DNA from: an uncultured Aeromonadales bacterium
GTDB taxonomy: Bacteria; Pseudomonadota; Gammaproteobacteria; Enterobacterales; Succinivibrionaceae
NCBI GenBank assembly: GCA_902796095.1
Contig: CADBNP010000125.1
Location: 1-38,890 of the forward strand
Length of the DNA: 38,890 bases
Reading direction: 5' to 3'
The notes below the pieces were generated by a model. That model had not been told where the DNA came from. It searched no databases and worked only from the letters and a program-made list of their open reading frames with translations. Of this stretch, positions 17,923 through 27,148 are shown in pieces (positions within the stretch are counted from its first letter, which is position 1; each line of letters begins with the position of its first letter). Both the position numbers and the translations under genes were made by a program.

Positions 17923-19937
17923 AGTGTCTCCTTCTTTTCTTCCCTGTTCAGTGGAAACGATATGGTAAAGCAAGCTCCATGCAGCGGCGGCTCGAGGTTG
18001 TGACATTCTATTTTACCATTTAACAATTGGGTAGTTAAATTATAGATAATATTGGCACCAAGACCGCTGCCGCCTCTTCCCCGTTTGGATGTAACAAACG
18101 GTTCATATATTTTGTTCAGAATCTCCGGACTGATGCCGTTGCCGTTATCCTGATAGCTGATGATCAGATGATCGTCAGCCGATGTTATGCTGATAAGAAT
18201 TTTGCGGTTTGATTTATCTTCGTTCCAGGCATGGCTTGCACTGTTCATAATCAGATTGGTGTATATCTGGGTTAAGGCTCCCGGATATGAATATATATCA
18301 AGGTTCTCCTGACATTCGACACTGATATGCAGCTTTTCCTTTTTGACAACATTGGAAAGACTGATCAGAGTCTGCGAAAGGTTTTCCTTAACATTGAAAC
18401 TGTAGCTGACATTTGAAGAACTGTCGACTGCAACCTGCTTGAAACTGCGTATGAGTTCAGAACTTCTTCTGAGATTTGAAGTCAGCAGATCATCTGATTC
18501 CACAATTATGTCAATGATATCCTGCAGTGCCTCCCGATCTATCTCCGGCTCTTTTATAAGCTTCTGTATCTTTTTGATCTGCTCGGCAATGAGGGTGTAT
18601 GCAGTTACGGAAATACCGAGAGGGGTATTGATTTCATGTGCAATTCCGGAAACAAGTGAACCGAGGGATGACATGGTCTCTGCCTCTATCAGCTGCTTCT
18701 GGGTTTCCTTCAGTTCCTGGTATGCCCGGGAAAGTTCCTCGTTGGTGGTTTTCAGTGTCTGTGTGCGCAGATCTATCTTTGTCTCAAGTTCGTTGTTAAG
18801 CTTTATAAGCTGTTCCTGTGTTTCTTTCAGCTGAGTAATATCATAGCCGAACGCTATATGATACTTGAGATTGTTTTCTTCATAGAAGGGAACGAAATTC
18901 CATTGCATATGAATGGAGCGACGCTGCGAATCCTTCATGATCAGGTCATTCAGTATAGTGTATGTGGATTCATGAATCTGAGCATCTGCTTCAGCTCTTT
19001 GTTTCTCATCCACAAAGGTCTCAAGCCATGGTTTGCCGATCACTTCAAATTCAAGAAGTCCTGTGATCATCGTTGTCGCAGAATTGATTGAAACTATTTT
19101 AAAATCAGAATCAAGACGGCAGATAATCATACTGCATGAATTCAGCAGAGTGTTTGAAAAATCACGCTGGTTTTTCAGAGATATTTTTTTCTGCTCGTTG
19201 GATTTGATTTCGTTGGATATGGTCTTTCTCATGGCGTTGATGGAATTTACCAGAATATCCAGTTCGTTTCTGAAAATATCGTCCTCTCTGTTGGGAAGAT
19301 GGAGCGTCTTGTCAATATTGTCTACCGAGAAATCCTGAGTTTCGTCAACCAGGTATCTCAGGTGCTTTATGATAAGAGAGTGGACGAGGAGAAGAATTGT
19401 TGCCGACACTGATACGGTAATGAACAGATTCAGAGATACGATAAGAGTAATTTTTTTCTGAACATGTCGGGAAATGAAGTCCGGATCAGTAATAATTTCT
19501 ATCTGTGCAATCTGGTTTACGCCGTCTGTATCAAAAATAGCCTTTGTTTTGACAATAGTTTTGTTAAATTCAAGATCAGGCTTTTCTCCGCGGATAATTT
19601 CCCTGTCCTCATCTTCGTCGTTGTAGATGAACAGTTCGAGGTATGCAATTGCAGGAAGATCGATCAGTTTGTCCATGATCCTGTTCAGACTTTCTGTGTC
19701 GTTGTTGATAATTCCTCTGCTAATGAAAAAAAGAAGCTGATTGTGGATGGAATCTATCTGAGAACTGACTTCCTCTTTGTAGTGTTCTGTTTCATGGTAT
19801 ACCTGCATATATGTTGTTATGCACGTAAGTATGAGTATTGAAAGAAATGTCAGAAACATCATCTGAACTGACAGTCTTTCATACAGACTTGATTTCAAAT
19901 AATTTTTCGCTTTCTCCAGAAACATAAGCCATCTCAT
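17919..19937 (-). CDS. Sensor histidine kinase (TM, extracytoplasmic domain, TM, HAMP-like linker, PAS, coiled coil, HisKA, HATPase)
   Basis: The H-box is SGIAHEINTPLG. The N/G boxes are NLIMNSASHA, QDNGNGI and GGSGLG. The PAS-like block is LLNSCSMIICRLDSDFKIVSINSA. The ORF-track start at 19940 is TTG and the first ATG is at 19937. Confidence 0.85.
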   Translation of the reverse strand: MRWLMFLEKAKNYLKSSLYERLSVQMMFLTFLSILILTCITTYMQVYHETEHYKEEVSSQIDSIHNQLLFFISRGIINNDTESLNRIMDKLIDLPAIAYLELFIYNDEDEDREIIRGEKPDLEFNKTIVKTKAIFDTDGVNQIAQIEIITDPDFISRHVQKKITLIVSLNLFITVSVSATILLLVHSLIIKHLRYLVDETQDFSVDNIDKTLHLPNREDDIFRNELDILVNSINAMRKTISNEIKSNEQKKISLKNQRDFSNTLLNSCSMIICRLDSDFKIVSINSATTMITGLLEFEVIGKPWLETFVDEKQRAEADAQIHESTYTILNDLIMKDSQRRSIHMQWNFVPFYEENNLKYHIAFGYDITQLKETQEQLIKLNNELETKIDLRTQTLKTTNEELSRAYQELKETQKQLIEAETMSSLGSLVSGIAHEINTPLGISVTAYTLIAEQIKKIQKLIKEPEIDREALQDIIDIIVESDDLLTSNLRRSSELIRSFKQVAVDSSSNVSYSFNVKENLSQTLISLSNVVKKEKLHISVECQENLDIYSYPGALTQIYTNLIMNSASHAWNEDKSNRKILISITSADDHLIISYQDNGNGISPEILNKIYEPFVTSKRGRGGSGLGANIIYNLTTQLLNGKIECHNLEPPLHGACFTISFPLNREEKKETL

Positions 19938-20248
19938 CAATTTTTTCTTTGTACAAACAGTCTGATTTTATTAAATGTGAAATATGAATTCTTGTTAACA
20001 GCTCAAATAATCGGCTATTCACAATGTGACGGATCGACAATTTCATATTATGGTGAGTAATGATCTAAAATAAAGTTATCTGTTCCGAACTTTATGAACG
20101 CCTCGCTGTTTTATGGGGGAAATAAGGCTGTACGGGGCAGGAATGAAGCTTCTGATCTGTTATTTTCAGCAGATTCAGTTGCCTTCTGTTATGTTTATAT
20201 TTTGCCGGCTTTTTGAATGATTCAGCCGTGCAGCAATAGAGGTTTTTC

Positions 20249-22312
20249 ATGAGTCTTGATAATAATTATCTTTTAAATATCAGCGGCCTGCCGGAATTTT
20301 CAAAAATAAAGCCGGAGGATGTGAAGGAGGCGGTTTTAACTCTCATAGATCAGAGTAAGAAATGTATTGAAAGCACACTGGATAAACTTGAACTGAGCGG
20401 TGAGTATACTTATGAAAATCTTGTGGTTCCCATAGAACGGGCCGATGACCGTCTGAACCTCGCCTGGTCACCGGTCAGTCATCTGAACAGTGTCATGAAT
20501 ACTGAGAAACTTCGGGCTGCTCATGATGAGTGTCTCCCGGCACTTTCTGAATACGGTGCATACGTGGGACAGAACAGAAGACTTTATGAAGCCTATAAGA
20601 AAATGATGAGCACTCCCGAATATGAAAAACTGACACGGGCTCAGAAGCGTGACGTGGAAAATACCATGCGTGATTTCAGACTTGCCGGTATTGCTCTGAG
20701 TCATGAGGATCAGACGGAGTATCTCAGACTGGTTACAAGACTGTCAGAACTCAGCTCGACTTTCAGCAATAACGTGCTCGATGCTGTGAACAGCTGGTTT
20801 TATCAGGTTACGGACGAAAAGGAACTCTCAGGTCTTCCTCAGTCTGCTCTTGCCCTGGCAAAGGAAAATGCAAGGCAGCGCCAGCTGGATGGATGGGTGT
20901 TTACACTGGATTTTCCTTCCTATCTTCCCGTTATGCAGTATGCAGATTCCTCTGAATTAAGAAGAATCTGCTACGAGGCTTATTCAACCCGGGCATCGGA
21001 TCAGGGTCCTGATGCAGGTAAGTGGAACAATGGTCCGGTGCTGAGAGAAATTCTTGATTTGCGTTACCGTTTGGCAAAACTGCTGGGATTTGGCAACTAT
21101 CCCGAGTATTCTCTTGCAGAAAAAATGGCGGATACACCTGAGCAGGTTATGAATTTTCTCATGGATCTGGCAAGAAGAACCAGAAAGCAGGGTGAAGAGG
21201 ACGATCGGCGTCTCCGGGAGTTCGCAGAAAAAAATTACGGCTGCGGTGAATTAAAGGCCTGGGATCGCACTTACTTTTCGGAAAAACTTAAGCTCCATCT
21301 TTACAATTTTTCATCGGAGGAACTCAGAGTTTACTTCCCTCTGACAAAAGTTCTCAGAGGACTTTTTGAAACCTGTAACAGACTTTTCGGTATAACGATC
21401 CGTCCGCATGAGGGAGCTGTGGAACTGTATCACCGGGATGTTTCTTTCTATGATGTGTTTGGAGAAGACGGCAAATTAAGAGGAAGCTTTTATCTTGATC
21501 CTTATGCAAGACCCAACAAGCGTTCCGGTGCATGGATGGATGATGCTGTTGATCGTATGATTATGGCTGACGGAACTGTGCGCCTCCCGGTTGCCTATGT
21601 GGTATGTAATTTCAATCCTCCTATAGACGGCAGAGATTCTCTGCTGACACATGATGATGTGACAACTGTATTTCATGAATTCGGTCATGCTCTTAATCTT
21701 CTGCTTACAACTGTTGATGTGCACGGTGTCTCGGGTATAAACGGTGTTGCCTGGGATGCAGTGGAACTGCCGAGTCAGTTTATGGAGAACTGGTGCTGGC
21801 AGACTGAGGCGCTCAGGTTTATTTCTTCAAATGTGGATACAGGCGAGCCGCTGCCGGAAGATAAGCTGAAGCTTCTGCTGGATTCGAAGAATTTTCATTC
21901 AGCTCTGTTTGTTCTGAGACAGCTAATGTTTGCTATTTCTGATTTCAGACTTCATCTTGAGTATGACCCAGCCCTGGGTGACCAGGTCAGAAAAATCATT
22001 GGTGAGGTAAGAGACCTTGTATGCGTGGACAAAATTCCGGAATACAACAGATTTGAGGATTCATTTCAGCATATTTTTTCCGGCGGTTATGCGGCTGGAT
22101 ACTACAGTTATCTCTGGGCGGAACTTCTTTCGGCGGATGCGTTCAGCAGATTTGAAGAAGAGGGTATCTTTAATCGTCAGACCGGCCTTGATTTTATGCA
22201 TACCATTCTTGAAACCGGCGGTTCAATCCCTTCAATGGAGCAGTTTAAAAACTTCAGAGGACGTGAGCCTAAGATTGACGCATTGCTGAGACACCGCGGT
22301 ATTACCGGATGA
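20249..22312 (+). CDS. prlC: Oligopeptidase A (M3 family)
   Basis: The zinc motif FHEFGHALN is present and the 687-aa protein is collinear with PrlC. An AGAGG Shine-Dalgarno precedes the start. Confidence 0.93.
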   Translation: MSLDNNYLLNISGLPEFSKIKPEDVKEAVLTLIDQSKKCIESTLDKLELSGEYTYENLVVPIERADDRLNLAWSPVSHLNSVMNTEKLRAAHDECLPALSEYGAYVGQNRRLYEAYKKMMSTPEYEKLTRAQKRDVENTMRDFRLAGIALSHEDQTEYLRLVTRLSELSSTFSNNVLDAVNSWFYQVTDEKELSGLPQSALALAKENARQRQLDGWVFTLDFPSYLPVMQYADSSELRRICYEAYSTRASDQGPDAGKWNNGPVLREILDLRYRLAKLLGFGNYPEYSLAEKMADTPEQVMNFLMDLARRTRKQGEEDDRRLREFAEKNYGCGELKAWDRTYFSEKLKLHLYNFSSEELRVYFPLTKVLRGLFETCNRLFGITIRPHEGAVELYHRDVSFYDVFGEDGKLRGSFYLDPYARPNKRSGAWMDDAVDRMIMADGTVRLPVAYVVCNFNPPIDGRDSLLTHDDVTTVFHEFGHALNLLLTTVDVHGVSGINGVAWDAVELPSQFMENWCWQTEALRFISSNVDTGEPLPEDKLKLLLDSKNFHSALFVLRQLMFAISDFRLHLEYDPALGDQVRKIIGEVRDLVCVDKIPEYNRFEDSFQHIFSGGYAAGYYSYLWAELLSADAFSRFEEEGIFNRQTGLDFMHTILETGGSIPSMEQFKNFRGREPKIDALLRHRGITG

Positions 22313-22320
22313 TGTGATGC

Positions 22321-22346
22321 TGCCGGGAGTATATTACATCCCGGCA
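22321..22346. terminator. Hairpin between the convergent prlC and rnb genes (possible bidirectional terminator)
   Basis: TGCCGGGA (22321-22328) pairs with TCCCGGCA (22339-22346) across a 10-nt loop. The flanking T-tracts are poor. Confidence 0.35.
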
Positions 22347-22404
22347 TTAATACAGGAGGGAAAGGGAGTCCTGCTTTTCAAAACTTTTACCGCGGCTTCC
22401 TTTT

Positions 22405-24426
22405 CTAGTCAGTGATTTCTGCGATGATGTTGCGGTTGGCTCTGTCCATTGCTGTCAGACGCACATTTATTTTCATAGCCAGTTCGTACCGTATCTCGCC
22501 ATGATCACGAATTCTTCCTTCCTCGTAACTGACGGCTATTTCCGGTAGTCTGTCGGGATTGATTGTTGAAAAAGGAATGAATACGGAAGCTCCGTTCTCG
22601 ATCAGCTGTGCTTTTACGCCGCCCCGTGAAATATCATTGATTTCAGCTTCAAAAACAGTTCCTTTTCCTATCTCGTTTTCGAGAACATCAATGTATAGCC
22701 AGTCGTTTACATCCCGCTCGGCATAACGGTTTACCTTTTTGATAGTATTCAGCTGAGCGATAATGCTGTCAGTCGGCTTTACCTTCGGATCTGTTTTAGT
22801 GATGAAGGCCTTGATCAGACGGTGATTGATCATATCGCCGTATTTTCTGATTGGAGATGTCCAGGTGGCATAGTTTTTCAGACCAAGACCGAAATGTTCA
22901 GCCGGTGAACTGACTATTTCTGCAGGAATGTGAAGTTTGCGAAGTCTCATATCAAGGTAGCCGGTTGGCTGCTGCTCGCAGACGGTGCGGACCCTGAAGT
23001 AACCATTCATGGTTTCAAGATCTTCCCTGGTAATGTCAGTGATGTCGTTCATGCCCAGAATTTTTATTACCAGCTCAAGCTTTTCACGATCAAATCCCGT
23101 ATGTTTGTTGAAGATTCCGGTTCCAAGCTTTTCAGCCAGAAAGTTTCCTGCACATTCGTTGGCAATTATCATGCATTCTTCAACAATCTTGTTTGCGGTT
23201 CTGCGTCTTTCAACAATGACACCGACAGGTTTTCCTTCGTCATCGAGTTCAATTTCATAGTCAGGCTTGTCCTTGAACAGTACCGTTGTTTTTGATCTGC
23301 ACTGAGCGCGGCTTCGGGAAAAATCTCTGAATATGTTTAATTCAGAAGCCAGATCATCATCCGGTTTCAGATTTTCGCTGGATCCGTTTTCAAGAAAGTC
23401 GGAAACATCGTCATAGGCAAGGCGTGCATGAGATTTTACTGTAGCCAGATGGAATGAGCACGGATCGTCGCCTGTCAGTGAACCGTCCTTGTTTACCGTA
23501 ATTTTTGCGACGAGAGCCGGACGCTCTTCATCAGGCATTAGTGAGCAGACACCCTCGCTCATAACATGAGGAATAATTGGTATGTTGAATCCCGGAAGAT
23601 AGCAGGTGAATGCGCGATCTGCCGCTTCCCTGTCCATATTTGAGTCAGGTTCGATATACGCTGTAGGATCAGCGATGGCGATCCACAGTACCCAGTGATC
23701 CTGATGATCCTCAATGCTGATGGCATCATCCATATCCCTGGTGGACGGGCTGTCAATGGTGACAAAAGGGATGTGCGTAAGATCCTGTCTTTCAAAACTG
23801 TCTTTTATTTCCAGAGATTCGGGATCAGGAGGACATTCCACAGGAAGATTGTATCTTCGCAGTGAAACAACCCAGGGCACCCTTGGATCGTCCCCCCTGG
23901 CTATAAACTCCTTCACCATGAGACTTGCCGGTTTATCAGGCTTGAGCAGCGGGTGATCTGCTAGTTCTACAATAACCCAGTCCCCGTCTTTTGGCTCCAT
24001 CTGTCTGATGGCGTTTGGCACTTTGGTGAATATTTTTTCTCTGTAGCCGGGACTGTCAACGAGAACATGAAAATTTTTCGTTTTTTCATTCAGATATATG
24101 CGACCCGGAATGCTCGTTATAAAAGGTGTGACAAGCCTGTGCGGTATGGCCTGTTTTCGCTCCTGCTTGTCAGTCACTATTCTTGCAGTTATTCTGTCGC
24201 CGTGGAAAACCTTTTTCATTTCTGCCGGCGGAATAAAAATGGAATCACCGTTGCTGGTTTCAAGGAAACCATAGGATTTATCAGTTGCTTTTACTGTACC
24301 ATCCCTTGTTTCAAAATGCTCTTTTGGTTCACGGGAAGCCGGCTTGCCTGTTTTTTTGTTTGGCTTCTCTTCATTGATTTTATCCTTCAACTGCTGAAGA
24401 ACAGCCAGTGATGCTGAATCTAACAT
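22405..24426 (-). CDS. rnb: Exoribonuclease II
   Basis: The protein is collinear with E. coli RNase II: GTVKATDKSYGFLE, FIPPAEMKKVFHGDRI, TIDSPSTRDMDDAIS, WTSPIRKYGDMINHRL and a C-terminal S1 domain. The ORF-track start at 24459 is TTG. I used the ATG at 24426 (MLDSASLAVLQQLK), which aligns with the E. coli N-terminus. Confidence 0.9.
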   Translation of the reverse strand: MLDSASLAVLQQLKDKINEEKPNKKTGKPASREPKEHFETRDGTVKATDKSYGFLETSNGDSIFIPPAEMKKVFHGDRITARIVTDKQERKQAIPHRLVTPFITSIPGRIYLNEKTKNFHVLVDSPGYREKIFTKVPNAIRQMEPKDGDWVIVELADHPLLKPDKPASLMVKEFIARGDDPRVPWVVSLRRYNLPVECPPDPESLEIKDSFERQDLTHIPFVTIDSPSTRDMDDAISIEDHQDHWVLWIAIADPTAYIEPDSNMDREAADRAFTCYLPGFNIPIIPHVMSEGVCSLMPDEERPALVAKITVNKDGSLTGDDPCSFHLATVKSHARLAYDDVSDFLENGSSENLKPDDDLASELNIFRDFSRSRAQCRSKTTVLFKDKPDYEIELDDEGKPVGVIVERRRTANKIVEECMIIANECAGNFLAEKLGTGIFNKHTGFDREKLELVIKILGMNDITDITREDLETMNGYFRVRTVCEQQPTGYLDMRLRKLHIPAEIVSSPAEHFGLGLKNYATWTSPIRKYGDMINHRLIKAFITKTDPKVKPTDSIIAQLNTIKKVNRYAERDVNDWLYIDVLENEIGKGTVFEAEINDISRGGVKAQLIENGASVFIPFSTINPDRLPEIAVSYEEGRIRDHGEIRYELAMKINVRLTAMDRANRNIIAEITD

Positions 24427-24731
24427 GTTATACCTGCTGAATTTATGAAATGTGTTCAAAAATCACTCCGGCTCTTTCTGATAAAAATGCTGAAATATCC
24501 GGTGTGATACGGCACATCGATAATAATCTGTCGAAATCTGGTATGTATCTGAAAGGAACCGGTGAGTTTAATATTTCTGCGGACACAGAGTGCAATCCAT
24601 GTCCATTTCCGATTAAAAAATTTCGGATATTATAACCCATGTACAGGTGAAAACCCACGGTTTTAAGAACTGCCGTGTCCCGATCCGCTGTGAGCAGTCG
24701 GAACATAACGTGGCACATGAAGTTTTACTGA

Positions 24732-25676
24732 TCAGTCGTCAGATTCCCAGATTACTGTAAGGAGTTTTCTGTCGACTTCCGCCGTTCCCGGTTTGAAAAT
24801 GTTGTACTTGAAGTACCGTTCACAGTCTACACCGTATACTGTGTAGCATCTGTTTCGCTGCCCGAGGATCTGCAGGTTGTAGTTGCCAAGTTGAGATTCC
24901 ATGGCAGTTTCAAGAACAGTCTTTATATTCAGAGGACTGCACATTTTTACCAGCTCATGAATTTTACTGAATCCGCCCACCAGAGACGGCTTTATTACTA
25001 CAGTCAAATTGGGAAGTTTTCGCCACTGATCAAATGTGTAGTAATGCAGGAGTTTGTCTATTCCAACCGGGATCCCCGTGTTTTCAGCTATGACCTTTAC
25101 GTCTTCCAGATTGTTGCACATATCTTCTATGTACAGAATGTTTTCTTTCGGAAGGTGATTAATGATTGTGCAGGCTTCCTCTCTTGTCCATTTCATTGAG
25201 GCATCCAGGATCAGTTTTATGTCAGGAGCCTTCTTGCATATTTCCTTGATTAGCCTGAGTTCATCTCTTAATGAATAGTTGCCTACTATCAGTTTGGCGA
25301 CGTTGGGATAATCACCGAGCAGCTGAAACCATTCATACATAATCTGCTTCGGCGTACCTAAAAGTATTCTGTAGGTTTTGCTGAATCTGGAGTAGAAACT
25401 TATGTCATAACTCAGATGTTCGTTCATGCAGTCCACACCGAACTGCACTGACGGCAGAGTAGGTTCAAACTTTTCGTTGTTATTCAGAGCCTGAAGGTAG
25501 CGAAGAGCCTCGCTCTGAGCCTCTTCTATTGTTTCTAGTGAATGGTACGGAAGCGGACAGATCTCACCCCAGCCGTCATAACGCCTGATTATGAGACCTG
25601 ATCTCACCATGGCATCATCACAGTTTGGAAGAGCTTTGATCAGTGGTAAATCATAACGATACAGTCCAAGTTTCAT
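24732..25676 (-). CDS. menC: o-Succinylbenzoate synthase (enolase superfamily)
   Basis: The sequence aligns with E. coli MenC. The catalytic Lys and metal-ligand positions are preserved: VAKLIVG, KLILDAS, YIEDMC, VGIDK and VVIKPSLVGG. I trimmed the start to the ATG at 25676, which follows a GGGAG Shine-Dalgarno. Confidence 0.85.
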   Translation of the reverse strand: MKLGLYRYDLPLIKALPNCDDAMVRSGLIIRRYDGWGEICPLPYHSLETIEEAQSEALRYLQALNNNEKFEPTLPSVQFGVDCMNEHLSYDISFYSRFSKTYRILLGTPKQIMYEWFQLLGDYPNVAKLIVGNYSLRDELRLIKEICKKAPDIKLILDASMKWTREEACTIINHLPKENILYIEDMCNNLEDVKVIAENTGIPVGIDKLLHYYTFDQWRKLPNLTVVIKPSLVGGFSKIHELVKMCSPLNIKTVLETAMESQLGNYNLQILGQRNRCYTVYGVDCERYFKYNIFKPGTAEVDRKLLTVIWESDD

Positions 25677-25837
25677 TGATAAACTCCCGATTTGCCTGTA
25701 CATAATCCTTATCAGAAGAATATGTATCTGCATATTGATGTATTTATTTTACACTTTTCCTGGTATCTTTTTTTATCTGTTTTTCTTTTTTTATTAAATC
25801 TCGCTTTTTTGGTGTGCGATCTGTTTTTTTTATTTCA

Positions 25838-26590
25838 TCAGCAGCATGCATAACTTCTGATAATCTGTGCTACCCTGTCCGGGAAAAAGTAATGCACGTT
25901 GTGACTTGCTTCAGGGATCTGGTGGGGAATAAAATTACTGAAATGACTCTCTCTTTCGGCAGCCTCCCTGAATTTTTCATCGAGCTGACCGTAGATGTAG
26001 ATCACATTAAACGGTAGTTCCCCAAGTCTGTCCCGAAAATTTTCCATTCTTGCTACAGATGTCAAATCAAACTGCACTGCCAGCTTCTTAAAATCCTGAC
26101 TGCGACGCTTCTTTATTATAAACTCCTTTTGCTGTTCTGTCATTCCGTTGAATCTTGGCTGGTTGTACCAGTTGCGCAGGATTGTCTCGGGAGGCTTGAA
26201 TGCAAACTGGGATGCCCACATGAGATCCCTGCCTTCACGGATCTTTCTTTCCTGATCTGTTATCCCGAAGGATGCACTCTCCACAAACAGACCTTTTATG
26301 CGGGGATCCCTTGTCAGAAATGAATAAAAAACAGCAATTCTTCCGCCTGTTGCATATCCGTAGAGTACATAATTGCCGTCAATATTCTTTTCCTTTAATT
26401 TTTCTCTTATATACTCAACGCTGTCGTGGTAATCCGCCGGTTCGTTGTTCTGGTGACCCGGAAGAGGCAGGGAATAGCATCTTGACTGCAGTTCTGGAGG
26501 CAGTGCCCTGATAACTCTGTCGAAATCATGGAGGTTTCCAAGAAATCCGTGAAGAAAAATCAAAGAAACATCATCAGTAATAATTTGCAT
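25838..26590 (-). CDS. menH: MenH-like alpha/beta hydrolase (SHCHC synthase homologue) with an atypical nucleophile elbow
   Basis: IFLHGFLGN, the Asp block YGQLDEKF and the His block EASHNVH align with E. coli MenH. The elbow reads GYATGG instead of GYSLGG. The gene lies upstream of menC in the same orientation. Confidence 0.7.
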   Translation of the reverse strand: MQIITDDVSLIFLHGFLGNLHDFDRVIRALPPELQSRCYSLPLPGHQNNEPADYHDSVEYIREKLKEKNIDGNYVLYGYATGGRIAVFYSFLTRDPRIKGLFVESASFGITDQERKIREGRDLMWASQFAFKPPETILRNWYNQPRFNGMTEQQKEFIIKKRRSQDFKKLAVQFDLTSVARMENFRDRLGELPFNVIYIYGQLDEKFREAAERESHFSNFIPHQIPEASHNVHYFFPDRVAQIIRSYACC

Positions 26591-26689
26591 TTGAGTGCCT
26601 GCTGGAGGTAAATCCTGAGTTTACAGTAAAACTCCGAGCATTTTACTTACAATCGGCATATCCCACGGTTTTTTATTGGTATTTGACAT

Positions 26690-26704
26690 AAAGAATGATT
26701 CTTT
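26690..26704. promoter_or_regulatory. Perfect 15-bp palindrome AAAGAATGATTCTTT next to a consensus TTGACA hexamer, upstream of the YfcZ-family gene
   Basis: TTGACA lies at 26683-26688 and the palindrome at 26690-26704 is centred on G26697. The site sits in the menH<>yfcZ divergent spacer. Confidence 0.3.
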
Positions 26705-26790
26705 TGTCACATTTTTTTGCTTTGCAGTTCTTTGCCGGTGATTCTTTATGCTATGTTAGAGCATTATAAAGTGAGCATTGGGAGTTGATA

Positions 26791-27132
26791 ATGAGTGATA
26801 ATTTTAATCCGGATAAGGCACAGAACAGATCTTGTCAGATAGGAAGTAACGGAGATAATTATGTCGAGTGCACCGAGTGCGGTGCCGCTGCTGAAATCGG
26901 AACAGTGATAAGAGCCGGTGACGATGTTTATTCCGGTACCATAACTTCAGATGAACCACTGTCGACAGAGGCTATGTATAAAAAGTGCCTGGCTTTGGCT
27001 GAAGATATCTGCAGCGATGTTAAAGCTGAGTTTTCAGATGAGGATTCCGGAAAGGTTAGAAAATACACTTTTGCTTTCACCTGCACGGCGGAAAAGATGA
27101 TTTTTGAAATGCGTCTCCGCAATTTAAGATGA
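26791..27132 (+). CDS. YfcZ/YiiS-family (DUF406) small protein
   Basis: The C-terminal block FAFTCTAEKMIFEMRLRNLR and the N-terminal Cys-x2-Cys...IGTVI resemble my recollection of E. coli YfcZ. The ATG at 26791 lies 7 nt after GGGAG, and the ORF-track start at 26785 is TTG. Confidence 0.7.
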   Translation: MSDNFNPDKAQNRSCQIGSNGDNYVECTECGAAAEIGTVIRAGDDVYSGTITSDEPLSTEAMYKKCLALAEDICSDVKAEFSDEDSGKVRKYTFAFTCTAEKMIFEMRLRNLR

Positions 27133-27148
27133 AAGTACGGGCAGAGAA

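Noticed and set aside
24443-24718. A 91-aa ORF on the minus strand between menC and rnb
   Set aside because: It has no Shine-Dalgarno (TCAGTAAAACTTC-ATG) and no recognisable family. A perfect minus-strand TATAAT (24634-24629), plausibly part of the rnb promoter, lies inside it. It is most likely the rnb 5' region rather than a gene.
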